30,243 bases of DNA, from NCBI GenBank assembly GCA_946187475.1, contig CAMHRJ010000001.1, positions 1 to 30,243 of the forward strand, in the 5' to 3' direction. The position numbers and the translations under genes were made by a program. Position 1 is the stretch's first letter. Every line of letters begins with the position of its first letter. This DNA comes from an uncultured Clostridia bacterium. Lineage in GTDB: Bacteria; Bacillota; Clostridia; Oscillospirales; Oscillospiraceae. Below the pieces are notes generated by a model that saw nothing but the letters and a program-made list of their open reading frames with translations, was not told the origin of the DNA and made no database searches. Shown here piece by piece: positions 1 to 7,823 of the stretch.

Positions 1-1
1 G

Positions 2-217
2 GGCGTGCTGACCTCGGAGCAAAAGGCCGACGCGATCACAAACCTGCTGCAGGGCGTGCACCACGGACAGTCCGTGGGGCTGCTGCTGGTGATGACCGTG
101 CTCCCCTGCGCGCTGATGTTCGCGTCCTATGTACTTTACAAAAAGCGTTATAAGCTGGACGAGGCGGAATATGACCGCATCTGCGCCCAGCTGGAGCAGA
201 GAAAGGCGGCAGTATGA
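2..217 (+). CDS. 3' end of a GPH-family (MelB/UidB-like) MFS sugar:cation symporter, truncated by the window edge
   Basis: Last hydrophobic helix (LLLVMTVLPCALMFASYVLY) followed by the GPH-type tail KRYKLDEAEYDRICAQLEQRK. The stop overlaps the next start (ATGA, 214-217). Confidence 0.7.
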   Translation, partial: GVLTSEQKADAITNLLQGVHHGQSVGLLLVMTVLPCALMFASYVLYKKRYKLDEAEYDRICAQLEQRKAAV

Positions 218-984
218 GCATCACAAAAACGGTATTGAACATCCTGGCCCCGCTGCCAAAGATCGAGGATTATGACCGGTTTCTCTTCATCGGCCCCCAC
301 CCGGACGACATTGAGATCGGCGCCGGCGCCACGGCGGCAAAGCTCGCCGCCATGGGAAAGCAGGTGACCTTCCTCATCTGCACCGACGGGCGCTACGGAC
401 TCACCAACGCGCCGGCAGGCATGACGCCGGAGGCGCTCATCCCCCTGCGGCAGCAGGAATCCCTGGCGTCCGCCGCCGCGCTGGGCGTGACCGACGTGCG
501 GTTTCTGCCCTTTGAGGACGGCGGCTTCTACGACCCCGAGGAGCTGACCCGCGCCATGGCCCAGGTAGTGGGCGAAGTGCAGCCCCAGGTGCTCTTCGCG
601 CCGGACCCCTGCGTCAGCAGTGAGTGCCACGTGGACCATCTCCGCACGGGCGAATGCGCCCGGCGGGTGGTCTTCGCGGCCCACTCCGCCCCGGTCATGG
701 GGCGCCTTGGCGCGAAAAGCGCCCCCGTGGAGGCCATCGCCTATTACATGACGGCGAAGCCCAACCGCTTCGTGGGCGTCAGAGGCTTTTTCGAGCGGCA
801 GAAAGCGGCACTGGCCTGCCACGCAAGCCAGTTTCCCGAAAACTGCGGCGCCACGCGGACCCTGCATTTTTACCTGAAGCTGCGGGCCATCGATTTCGGC
901 CTGCGCACCGGGAAGGGCAAGGCCGAGGGCTTCCGCCTGCTGGACGCGACGCACATGCACTGTTTGCCCGAGGCAGACGGATAA
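214..984 (+). CDS. PIG-L/LmbE-family metal-dependent N-acetyl deacetylase
   Basis: Motifs GPHPDDIEIGAG, TDGRYG, RQQESLASAAALGV, LPFEDG and HVDH. Confidence 0.9.
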   Translation: MSITKTVLNILAPLPKIEDYDRFLFIGPHPDDIEIGAGATAAKLAAMGKQVTFLICTDGRYGLTNAPAGMTPEALIPLRQQESLASAAALGVTDVRFLPFEDGGFYDPEELTRAMAQVVGEVQPQVLFAPDPCVSSECHVDHLRTGECARRVVFAAHSAPVMGRLGAKSAPVEAIAYYMTAKPNRFVGVRGFFERQKAALACHASQFPENCGATRTLHFYLKLRAIDFGLRTGKGKAEGFRLLDATHMHCLPEADG

Positions 985-1000
985 AGACCCAAAACAGCGA

Positions 1001-1029
1001 CCGCCCCGCACGAAAAACGTGCGGGGCGG
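1001..1029. terminator. Bidirectional intrinsic terminator between convergent genes
   Basis: Perfect 12-bp inverted repeat CCGCCCCGCACG-aaaaa-CGTGCGGGGCGG. A T-rich run follows on +, and an A-run precedes it. Confidence 0.8.
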
Positions 1030-1036
1030 ATGGTTT

Positions 1037-2362
1037 TTATTTTACTTTCTTCTCGGGGATGAGATAGATGAACACCAGAGAGCTGACCAGCAGCAAAAAC
1101 GGGTAGAAGAGGTTCGGAATCACATCGAAGGCCGAGAGTCCGTGGCCCATTTCGTTGGCGGCCGAGAGGGCCACCAGCATCTGGGCGCCGTAAGGGATGA
1201 TGCCCTGGAACACGCAGGAGAAGGTGTCCAGCAGGGACGCGGTCTTGCGCTTGGAAATGCCGTAGCGCTCCGCCATCTGGGCGGCGATGGGGTTGGCCAT
1301 GACGATGGCCACGGTGTTGTTGGCGGTGGCGATGTCCATGGCGCCCACCAGCAGGCCCATGCCCAGCTGGCCGCCCTTGCGGCCCTTGAAGACCTTCAGG
1401 ATGCCGTTTAAGAGCGCCTCAAAGCCGCCGTGCTCCCGAATCAGGGCGCAGATGGCCGCCACCAGGATGGCCACCATGGTGGTCTCGAACATGCCGGCAG
1501 CGCCGCTGCCCATGCTGGACAGGAGCTCCGTGGCGGGAATGGCGCCGGTGGCCAGCATGATGACAGCGCCGGAGAGAATGCCCGCCAGCAGCACCACAAA
1601 GACATTCACGCCCGCCAGGCCGCCCAGCAGCACCAGCACATAGGGGATGATCTGGATGAGGTTATAGGGCTTCAGCTCCATGGCCCCGATGCCCGCCCAC
1701 AGGCTCAGCACCAGGATCAGCACCAGCGTCACCAGGGCCGCCGGGAGGGCGATGGCGAAGTTTTCCCGGAACTTGTCCTTCATGTCGCAGCCCTGACCGT
1801 TGCAGGCGGCGATGGTGGTGTCGGAGATGAAGGAGAGGTTGTCGCCGAACATGGCGCCGCCCATGACGGAGGCGATGCACAGCGGCAGGGAAAAGCCGGA
1901 GGCGTCCGCCGCGGCCACGGCGATGGGCGTGATGAGCGTGATGGTGCCCACGCTGGTGCCCATGGCGGTGGAGACGAAGCAGCTGACCACGAACAGCACC
2001 GCCACGGCGTAGCGAGCGGGGATGATGGACAGCATGAAGTAGGCCACGCTCTCGGCGCTGCCCCGACCCACGACGCCCACGAAGATGCCGGCCTCCATGA
2101 AGATCAGGATCATGGTCACGATGTTCTGATCGCCGATGCCCCGGCCCATGACGGCCAGCTTCTTGTCAAAGGACAGGCTGCGGTTCTGCAGGCAGGCCAC
2201 CAGCAGCGCCGCCAGAAAGATCACCACGATGGGAATGTTATAAAACCCCATGGGGATCTTGAGCACATATTCAAACAGGATGCCCAGGCCCAGATAGAGC
2301 ACCAGAAACACGCCGATGGGAAGCAGCGCGGCGGGGTTGGAGCGGATTTTCGTTTCGTTCAT
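1037..2362 (-). CDS. Na+/H+ antiporter NhaC-family membrane transporter (family includes amino-acid, e.g. methionine, transporters)
   Basis: 441-aa polytopic protein with STAMGTSVGT, GGAMFGDNLSFISDTTIAA, DKFRENF, DIATANNTVAI and LLDTFSC...IPYGAQML motifs. RBS-like GAAGGA upstream. Confidence 0.85.
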   Translation of the reverse strand: MNETKIRSNPAALLPIGVFLVLYLGLGILFEYVLKIPMGFYNIPIVVIFLAALLVACLQNRSLSFDKKLAVMGRGIGDQNIVTMILIFMEAGIFVGVVGRGSAESVAYFMLSIIPARYAVAVLFVVSCFVSTAMGTSVGTITLITPIAVAAADASGFSLPLCIASVMGGAMFGDNLSFISDTTIAACNGQGCDMKDKFRENFAIALPAALVTLVLILVLSLWAGIGAMELKPYNLIQIIPYVLVLLGGLAGVNVFVVLLAGILSGAVIMLATGAIPATELLSSMGSGAAGMFETTMVAILVAAICALIREHGGFEALLNGILKVFKGRKGGQLGMGLLVGAMDIATANNTVAIVMANPIAAQMAERYGISKRKTASLLDTFSCVFQGIIPYGAQMLVALSAANEMGHGLSAFDVIPNLFYPFLLLVSSLVFIYLIPEKKVK

Positions 2363-2401
2363 CGGTTTCTTCCTTCTTCCAAAGTATCAATGACGCGCCA
2401 A

Positions 2402-2426
2402 AGCGGAGACCGTTTCGGTCTCCGCT
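2402..2426 (-). promoter_or_regulatory. Strong hairpin in the 5' leader of the NhaC-family gene (possible attenuator)
   Basis: Perfect 11-bp inverted repeat AGCGGAGACCG-aaa-CGGTCTCCGCT located between the promoter and the start codon, with only a short U run after it. Confidence 0.5.
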
Positions 2427-2447
2427 CCGGTTTTGAGCGACTGGAAC

Positions 2448-2476
2448 AGTATAGGAAAAAACCCTCATTTTGTCAA
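2448..2476 (-). promoter_or_regulatory. SigA-type promoter of the NhaC-family gene
   Basis: TTGACA (2476-2471), 17-nt spacer, TATACT (2453-2448). Confidence 0.8.
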
Positions 2477-2524
2477 GTAACAAACCCATCCCAACTGCGA
2501 GGGATGCCGATTCCAAAATCCCGC

Positions 2525-2553
2525 TTTACTTTCCGCCCGTTCTGCCTTACAAT
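2525..2553 (+). promoter_or_regulatory. Putative SigA promoter of the carboxypeptidase gene
   Basis: TTTACT, 17-nt spacer, TACAAT, about 30 nt upstream of the start. Confidence 0.45.
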
Positions 2554-2583
2554 ACTTCCGAACCAACGAAAGGAGCATGCATC

Positions 2584-4089
2584 ATGACCAATTCCGAGCG
2601 CCTGCAGGCGCTGTTTGCCCATCTGGACGAGATCGAGGCCTATTTCCGGGTCCTCGGCAAGGTGAATTTCGACATGTCCTGCTGCGCCCCGCCGGAGGGC
2701 ATGGCCAAGGCCGGCGAGGACATGGCCATCCTGGGAAAGCAGGTCTACGCCCTGACCCACGACCCTGCCTACATCGAGCTGCTCACCGCCCTTCACGAAG
2801 ACGGCGAGGGGCTGACCCCCGTGCAGAAGAAGGCCGTGGAGCATCTCTATGAGCGCTGGGCCCGGGAGAAGAACATCTCCCCGGAACTGAGCTTCGAGAT
2901 GGACATGGCGGCCAGCCACTCCTACAGCGACTGGCTGGAGGCCAAGCAGGCGGCGGATTTCTCCAAGTTCCGGGATTCTCTGGAGGCCCTGATCCGCTAC
3001 CAGCGCATGCAGATCGACCTGCGGGATGCCCACCCGGCGGGCTACTACAACACCTGCCTGGACGACAACGAAAAGGGCGGCAGCGAAGCGCAGCTGGACG
3101 CCTTCTTCGCGGCTCTGAAGGCCCGGATCGTTCCGCTGGTGCAGCGCATCGCCCAAGACGGCAAGTCCATCCGCGAGGACTTCATGACCCGGCCGGTGTC
3201 CATCCCCCAGCAGGAGGCCTTCTCCCGCTGGCTGCTGGAGCTGGAGGGCCTGCGGTCCACGGCTTTGGTGCTCATGACCACGGAGCACCCCTTCACCACC
3301 AACTTCGGGCCCAAAGACGTGCGCGTGACGACCCATTATTACGAGGAGAACTTCATCTCCAACATCTTCTCCACCCTCCACGAGGGCGGCCACGCCCTGT
3401 TCATGCAGAATGAGCCGGAGGAGGTCTACGAAAACCACTGCGCGGACAACATGACCAACGCCATGCACGAGACGATCTCCCGGTTTTTCGAGAACATCGT
3501 AGGCCGCAGTGAGGGCTTTGTGCACTACATTTTCCCCAAGCTCCGGGAGCTCACCGGTGACACCTTCGCCGACGTGACGGAGCGGGAGCTCTACGAGGCA
3601 GTGAACGTGGCCCGGCCCAGCCTGATCCGCATCGAGGCGGACGAGCTGACCTACTGCCTGCATATCCTGGTGCGGTATGAGCTGGAGAAGGCCTTCATCA
3701 ACGGGGACATCTCCGTGGATGAGATCCCCGCCATGTGGAACGCAAAGTACAAGGAATATCTCGGTCTTGACGTGCCCGACGACGCCCGGGGCTGCCTCCA
3801 GGACGTGCACTGGACGGGCTACGGCTTCGGCTACTTCCCCAGCTACGCCCTGGGCAACGCCTACGGCGCCCAGATCCTCCACCGGATGGAGCAGGATTTC
3901 GACGTGAACGCCGCCCTGCGCGCCGGCGATCTGGGCAAAATCGGCACATGGCTGAAGGAGAAGGTCTTCTCCATCGCCTCCCTCACCACCCCGGACGAAT
4001 GGATTCGCGCCATCACCGGCGAGAGCCTGAACCCGGATTACTACCTGGATTATCTGGAGCGGAAATTCGCAGAGGTCTACGACCTGTAA
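2584..4089 (+). CDS. M32-family (carboxypeptidase Taq-like) metallocarboxypeptidase
   Basis: HEXXH motif (LHEGGHAL), HPFTT, HETISRFFEN, IRIEADELTY, GCLQDVHW and GYFPSYALG. Start moved from 2470 to ATG 2584, which follows an AAGGAG RBS. Confidence 0.93.
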   Translation: MTNSERLQALFAHLDEIEAYFRVLGKVNFDMSCCAPPEGMAKAGEDMAILGKQVYALTHDPAYIELLTALHEDGEGLTPVQKKAVEHLYERWAREKNISPELSFEMDMAASHSYSDWLEAKQAADFSKFRDSLEALIRYQRMQIDLRDAHPAGYYNTCLDDNEKGGSEAQLDAFFAALKARIVPLVQRIAQDGKSIREDFMTRPVSIPQQEAFSRWLLELEGLRSTALVLMTTEHPFTTNFGPKDVRVTTHYYEENFISNIFSTLHEGGHALFMQNEPEEVYENHCADNMTNAMHETISRFFENIVGRSEGFVHYIFPKLRELTGDTFADVTERELYEAVNVARPSLIRIEADELTYCLHILVRYELEKAFINGDISVDEIPAMWNAKYKEYLGLDVPDDARGCLQDVHWTGYGFGYFPSYALGNAYGAQILHRMEQDFDVNAALRAGDLGKIGTWLKEKVFSIASLTTPDEWIRAITGESLNPDYYLDYLERKFAEVYDL

Positions 4090-4109
4090 GCATCGGAATC
4101 CACACAAAG

Positions 4110-4139
4110 ATCGGAGCAGGTCCCCGGACCTGCTCCGAT
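4110..4139. terminator. Hairpin between convergent genes (probable terminator)
   Basis: Perfect 14-bp inverted repeat ATCGGAGCAGGTCC-cc-GGACCTGCTCCGAT. The U tracts are weak. Confidence 0.65.
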
Positions 4140-4170
4140 TGCTCATGTTTGCAGATATGGAATTGTCCGA

Positions 4171-6018
4171 TCAATCCGCCGTCCGGCTCAGATAGGCGAG
4201 AATCTGCTCGTCGGTGGTCTCCGGGCCCACATTGATGCGCCCCAGGTCGATCAGCGACTGGGGAAGCCCCTGCACGATGGTGTTGACCCGGCTCTCGTCG
4301 GTGGTCAGGGTGCAGCGGTAGCCGGCTTCCTTCAAGATCACGTCCGTGATGGTCTCATGGTAGCCCCGGGGAAAGGCCAGAACGTTGGGCGCCGGCAGAC
4401 CAAAGCGCTGAAAGACTTCGTTCTGCTGCTGGATGTCCGCCCGCAGCGCGGCGGCGTAATCCTCCTGGGACTCCTCCTCAAAGGGGACGATGGAGGACCG
4501 CACGGGGCTGTGGGACTCGTAGGCCTCCTCCTGATGCATGTCATAGGTGTGGGACTGGACGGAAACCAGCCCGTCCCGGAGGAACTCCTGGATCTCCGCC
4601 TGGCCAAAATGGGGCGTCAGGGTGAATTCCGTGTCTTTGTAATACTTCTCGTGCCCGATGGAGCAGCCGATGGCAAAGATCGTGGCGGGAATGTGCAGCT
4701 CCCGCAGAACCGGGTAGGCCTCGGTATAATTGCTGAGGTATCCGTCGTCCATGGTGATCAGCACCGGCCGCTCCGGCAGGGGCGTGCCGCGGTCCACATA
4801 GTCGATGAGGTCCTGAACCGCAACGGGATGATAGCCCGCCTCCAGCAGCAGACGCATCTGATGGGCGAAGGCCTCGGTGCTGAGGAGCGTGGATTCGCCG
4901 CCCGGGTCCGCCACAAAATGATGATACATCAAAATCGGGACCGTTTCGGTGTGCTTCCCGCCGGCCTCGGCGGCCAGGGTCCGCAGAGTTTCCGCGCTGA
5001 CGGGGCTCCCCTGCTGGCAGTACACGCCGAAGCCCGCCGGCCATTTCTCGTCGTCGGGGGCGAAGACCCGGTCCAGCACCATACGGATGGTGTCGTTGCG
5101 GGTGTGGCTGTCGTCGTAGAAATAGCGGGCGTCGAAGGTCAGCGGTGTGATCTGGAAGTTCCAGTAATCCGTCACCTGGGACAGGGCGGTATAGTATTCG
5201 TTGAGGGTCTCGTCCGTGTAGCCGCTGAGCTGACTTTCGCTGACCGGGGCCAGCACCACCAGCAGCTCCACGCCCTTTTCCGCGCACAGGGCGCGAATCT
5301 GCCCCACGGCCTCCGCGCAGGGGGAAATGTTGGTCAGAGCCTCCGCAGATTCCGCCGTGGGAAAGTCACCACCGTGGAGCGCCAGATAGTCCTCCAGCGA
5401 GCCGATGGGCTCCACGTCCCGGACCCGCTTGTCGTAGGTGCCGTCCTCCGGAACGAACACGTCAAAGGCCTGGGGCAGCAGGGTGTCCTGCCGCAGGGAG
5501 GAGAGCTTCTCCATGGAGTAGTGGGGACTGGCAAACAGGAACTTCGCCCAATAGGACGCCCGGCTCTCTCCGGAGACCGGATACCAGCCGGAATCCAGCG
5601 CGTCGGACTTCGTTTCCGGCAGATTCGCCTCGTTCAGTCCCAGCACCAGGCAGAGCTGCTTCACGTCCGGGTCCTGCTCCAGCAGCCAGGCCGCCAGCCG
5701 CAGGTCGTAGGCGCTGTCCGCGCCGTAATGAAACATGTTGTAGTAATGATGCCCGGTATAGGCGTCCAGCACCTCCGGCAGGAAGGACGCCGCGGAGGAC
5801 GACCCGATCACATAGGCGTCGAACTCGTCCAGCTTATCGGAGATGTAGACCGCCTTGCTGTTTCTGGGGTTCAGCGTCAGAGAATAGGAATCCCAGGGCA
5901 CCACCCGGTCGCCGAAGGCCTTGAAGGGGTCCACAGCATCATTGAACAAGGCCCAGACCACAAACACCAGCAGCAGCGCCGCCAGCACCATGCCGAGCCA
6001 TCGTTTTCCACTCATCAT
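4171..6018 (-). CDS. Membrane-anchored fusion: N-terminal SGNH/DltD/AlgJ-like acyltransferase domain plus C-terminal CE4 (IcaB/PgaB-like) polysaccharide deacetylase
   Basis: N-terminal TM helix ending FNDAVDPF, then a GSS motif (YVIGSSS) and a DxxH-like motif (FYDDSH). The C-terminal part has VPILMYHHF, ITMDDGYLSNY, QSHTYDMH and LAFPRG. Confidence 0.75.
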   Translation of the reverse strand: MMSGKRWLGMVLAALLLVFVVWALFNDAVDPFKAFGDRVVPWDSYSLTLNPRNSKAVYISDKLDEFDAYVIGSSSAASFLPEVLDAYTGHHYYNMFHYGADSAYDLRLAAWLLEQDPDVKQLCLVLGLNEANLPETKSDALDSGWYPVSGESRASYWAKFLFASPHYSMEKLSSLRQDTLLPQAFDVFVPEDGTYDKRVRDVEPIGSLEDYLALHGGDFPTAESAEALTNISPCAEAVGQIRALCAEKGVELLVVLAPVSESQLSGYTDETLNEYYTALSQVTDYWNFQITPLTFDARYFYDDSHTRNDTIRMVLDRVFAPDDEKWPAGFGVYCQQGSPVSAETLRTLAAEAGGKHTETVPILMYHHFVADPGGESTLLSTEAFAHQMRLLLEAGYHPVAVQDLIDYVDRGTPLPERPVLITMDDGYLSNYTEAYPVLRELHIPATIFAIGCSIGHEKYYKDTEFTLTPHFGQAEIQEFLRDGLVSVQSHTYDMHQEEAYESHSPVRSSIVPFEEESQEDYAAALRADIQQQNEVFQRFGLPAPNVLAFPRGYHETITDVILKEAGYRCTLTTDESRVNTIVQGLPQSLIDLGRINVGPETTDEQILAYLSRTAD

Positions 6019-6026
6019 TCAAACCT

Positions 6027-7589
6027 CTATATGTTTTCGTACACATACGCGATGGGCGTATAGCCCACGTTGGCGTAAACACAGAACACCGCCAGCAGCA
6101 GCGCAAGGAACATCAGCGCAAACTGCACGCCCCACGGTCGCTCGGTGATCCAGCGGCTGACCCGGACCCCGCGCTCCTGGGCGAGACTGACGGCAAGCAG
6201 CACCGCGCAGGCCAGGCCCACCTGAATCAGCAGCGGCATGGTGAGCCCCAGGCCATGGAGCATCTCGGCCGAAACGGCAGAGAATCCGGGGCGGACCAGG
6301 GTATGCTTCAGCATCCGCAGGGCGGACATGAGCGAGGTCGCCCGGGAGAAATAGCGCCCCACGATCACCAGCAGATTGGTCCGCAGGATGCCGAACACCT
6401 GCATCAGACGGTCCTTTCGCAGCAGGGCGTAACGCTCCCGCAGGCGCGCCGCCTTCGGGACCCAGAGCAGGCCCAGAGACATCCAGAAGCCGTTCCACAT
6501 GCCATAGGCCAGATTGGAAAGGCCCGGACCCTGCCAGACGCCCACGGCCAGAAACACGATAAACGTGACCACGCAGGGCGTGGCGCGCTTCGCCAGCTCC
6601 GGCGGAAGCACCTTTCTGCACCATTTGGAAAATCGCTGAAAGCTCTTGGACAGGGCCAGGGGATAGAACAGATAGTCCTTCATCCACTCGCCCAGGGAGA
6701 TGTGCCACCGCCGCCAGAAATCCGCGAGGCTGGTGGAGAAATAGGGCTGGCGGAAGTTTTCCATCATGTGCACGCCGAAGAGCTCCGACGCGCCGCAGAC
6801 CAGATCGATGCCGCCGGAGAAGTCGCAGTACAGCTGCAGGCAATACAGCGCCGCGCCGAGGAAGGACACGACGCCGGGATAATCATAGAATCCGGAATAG
6901 ACGCTCTGGACCAGGGGCGCCAGGGCGTCCGCGATCAGGGCCTTTTTCAGGATGCCGTAGAGCATGCGCCAGACGCCGTTTTGAATGTTGGCCCAGTCGA
7001 AGTCATTGCCCCGAAACAGCTGGGGCGCCAGGTCCTGATAGCGGTTGATCGGGCCCTGGACCAGCTGCGGGAAATAAGCGGCAAACAGCGCGTAGCGCAG
7101 GAAATTGCGCTCCGCCGCCGCCTTGCCCTTGGAGACGTCGATCAGATAGGCAGAGGTCTGGAACACATAGAAGGAAATGCCCAGCGGCAGCAAAAAGGAC
7201 GGGACCGGGAGCGAAAGGTGGAACACCTGGTCCAGGGCCACGACCCAGCTGGCGGAATATTTCAGCAGCAGGAGCGACGCGAAGTTCAGCAGCAAAATCG
7301 CGGTCAGGACCGCCCGCTTTTTCCGCTTGAGCGCCTGCTTTTCCGCCTGCCGCTCCTCCCGGGTCTGGCCGGCGGGGCGGATTTTGCTCAGCCGGTCCAG
7401 CCACAGGCCGAAGCCGTAGGTCAGGACGATGGTGACCAGGAAATAGAGTCCCGCGCGCAGCCCATAGGTGAGATAAAACACCAGACTGGCCGCGAAGAGG
7501 ATCACCCAGCGGTGCTGCTTCGGCAGCAGGTAGTACAGCACCACTGCCGCCAGCAGGAAGCCGAGGAACGCCAGACTGTTAATGGACAT
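6027..7589 (-). CDS. MBOAT-family O-acyltransferase (AlgI/DltB-like)
   Basis: LPLGISFYVFQ, YFPQLVQGPI, QLYCDFSG, ENFRQPYFS, FWRRWHISLGEW, YLFYPL and catalytic-type GVWQG (Gln where many members have the His of GxWHG). Confidence 0.9.
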   Translation of the reverse strand: MSINSLAFLGFLLAAVVLYYLLPKQHRWVILFAASLVFYLTYGLRAGLYFLVTIVLTYGFGLWLDRLSKIRPAGQTREERQAEKQALKRKKRAVLTAILLLNFASLLLLKYSASWVVALDQVFHLSLPVPSFLLPLGISFYVFQTSAYLIDVSKGKAAAERNFLRYALFAAYFPQLVQGPINRYQDLAPQLFRGNDFDWANIQNGVWRMLYGILKKALIADALAPLVQSVYSGFYDYPGVVSFLGAALYCLQLYCDFSGGIDLVCGASELFGVHMMENFRQPYFSTSLADFWRRWHISLGEWMKDYLFYPLALSKSFQRFSKWCRKVLPPELAKRATPCVVTFIVFLAVGVWQGPGLSNLAYGMWNGFWMSLGLLWVPKAARLRERYALLRKDRLMQVFGILRTNLLVIVGRYFSRATSLMSALRMLKHTLVRPGFSAVSAEMLHGLGLTMPLLIQVGLACAVLLAVSLAQERGVRVSRWITERPWGVQFALMFLALLLAVFCVYANVGYTPIAYVYENI

Positions 7590-7592
7590 CCA

Positions 7593-7823
7593 TCAGTCCT
7601 CGTTCATCCGCTGCTGCACCAGATTCCAAATGGCCTCCGCGGAGTTGAAATGCTCCGGAAGCAGATCATCCGCGCTGATGGAGATGTCGAACCGGTCGTT
7701 CAGCTCTCCGACGATCATCACGATGTCCAGCGATTCCAGAAGCTCGTCGTCAATCAAATGGGTCTCCGCCCGGAAATCCACATCCGGGCAGCAGTCTTCC
7801 AGCAGTTCGTACAGTTCATCCAT
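7593..7823 (-). CDS. Acyl/aminoacyl carrier protein (DltC-like)
   Basis: Acidic 76-aa protein with LIDDELLESLDIV (phosphopantetheine Ser in ESL rather than DSL) and a C-terminal HFNSAEAI. Its start overlaps the end of the ligase gene. Confidence 0.85.
   Translation of the reverse strand: MDELYELLEDCCPDVDFRAETHLIDDELLESLDIVMIVGELNDRFDISISADDLLPEHFNSAEAIWNLVQQRMNED

Noticed and set aside
214-984. BshB/MshB thiol-biosynthesis deacetylase
   Set aside because: No glycosyltransferase or cysteine ligase partner is visible, and the permease context points to catabolism.
2363-2447. Known SAM-I, T-box or lysine riboswitch before the NhaC-family gene
   Set aside because: The leader is only about 80 nt and lacks the conserved motifs of those classes.
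2487-2506. CATCCC-N8-GGGATG inverted repeat between the divergent promoters
   Set aside because: Six-bp arms are within chance expectation and there is no supporting second copy.
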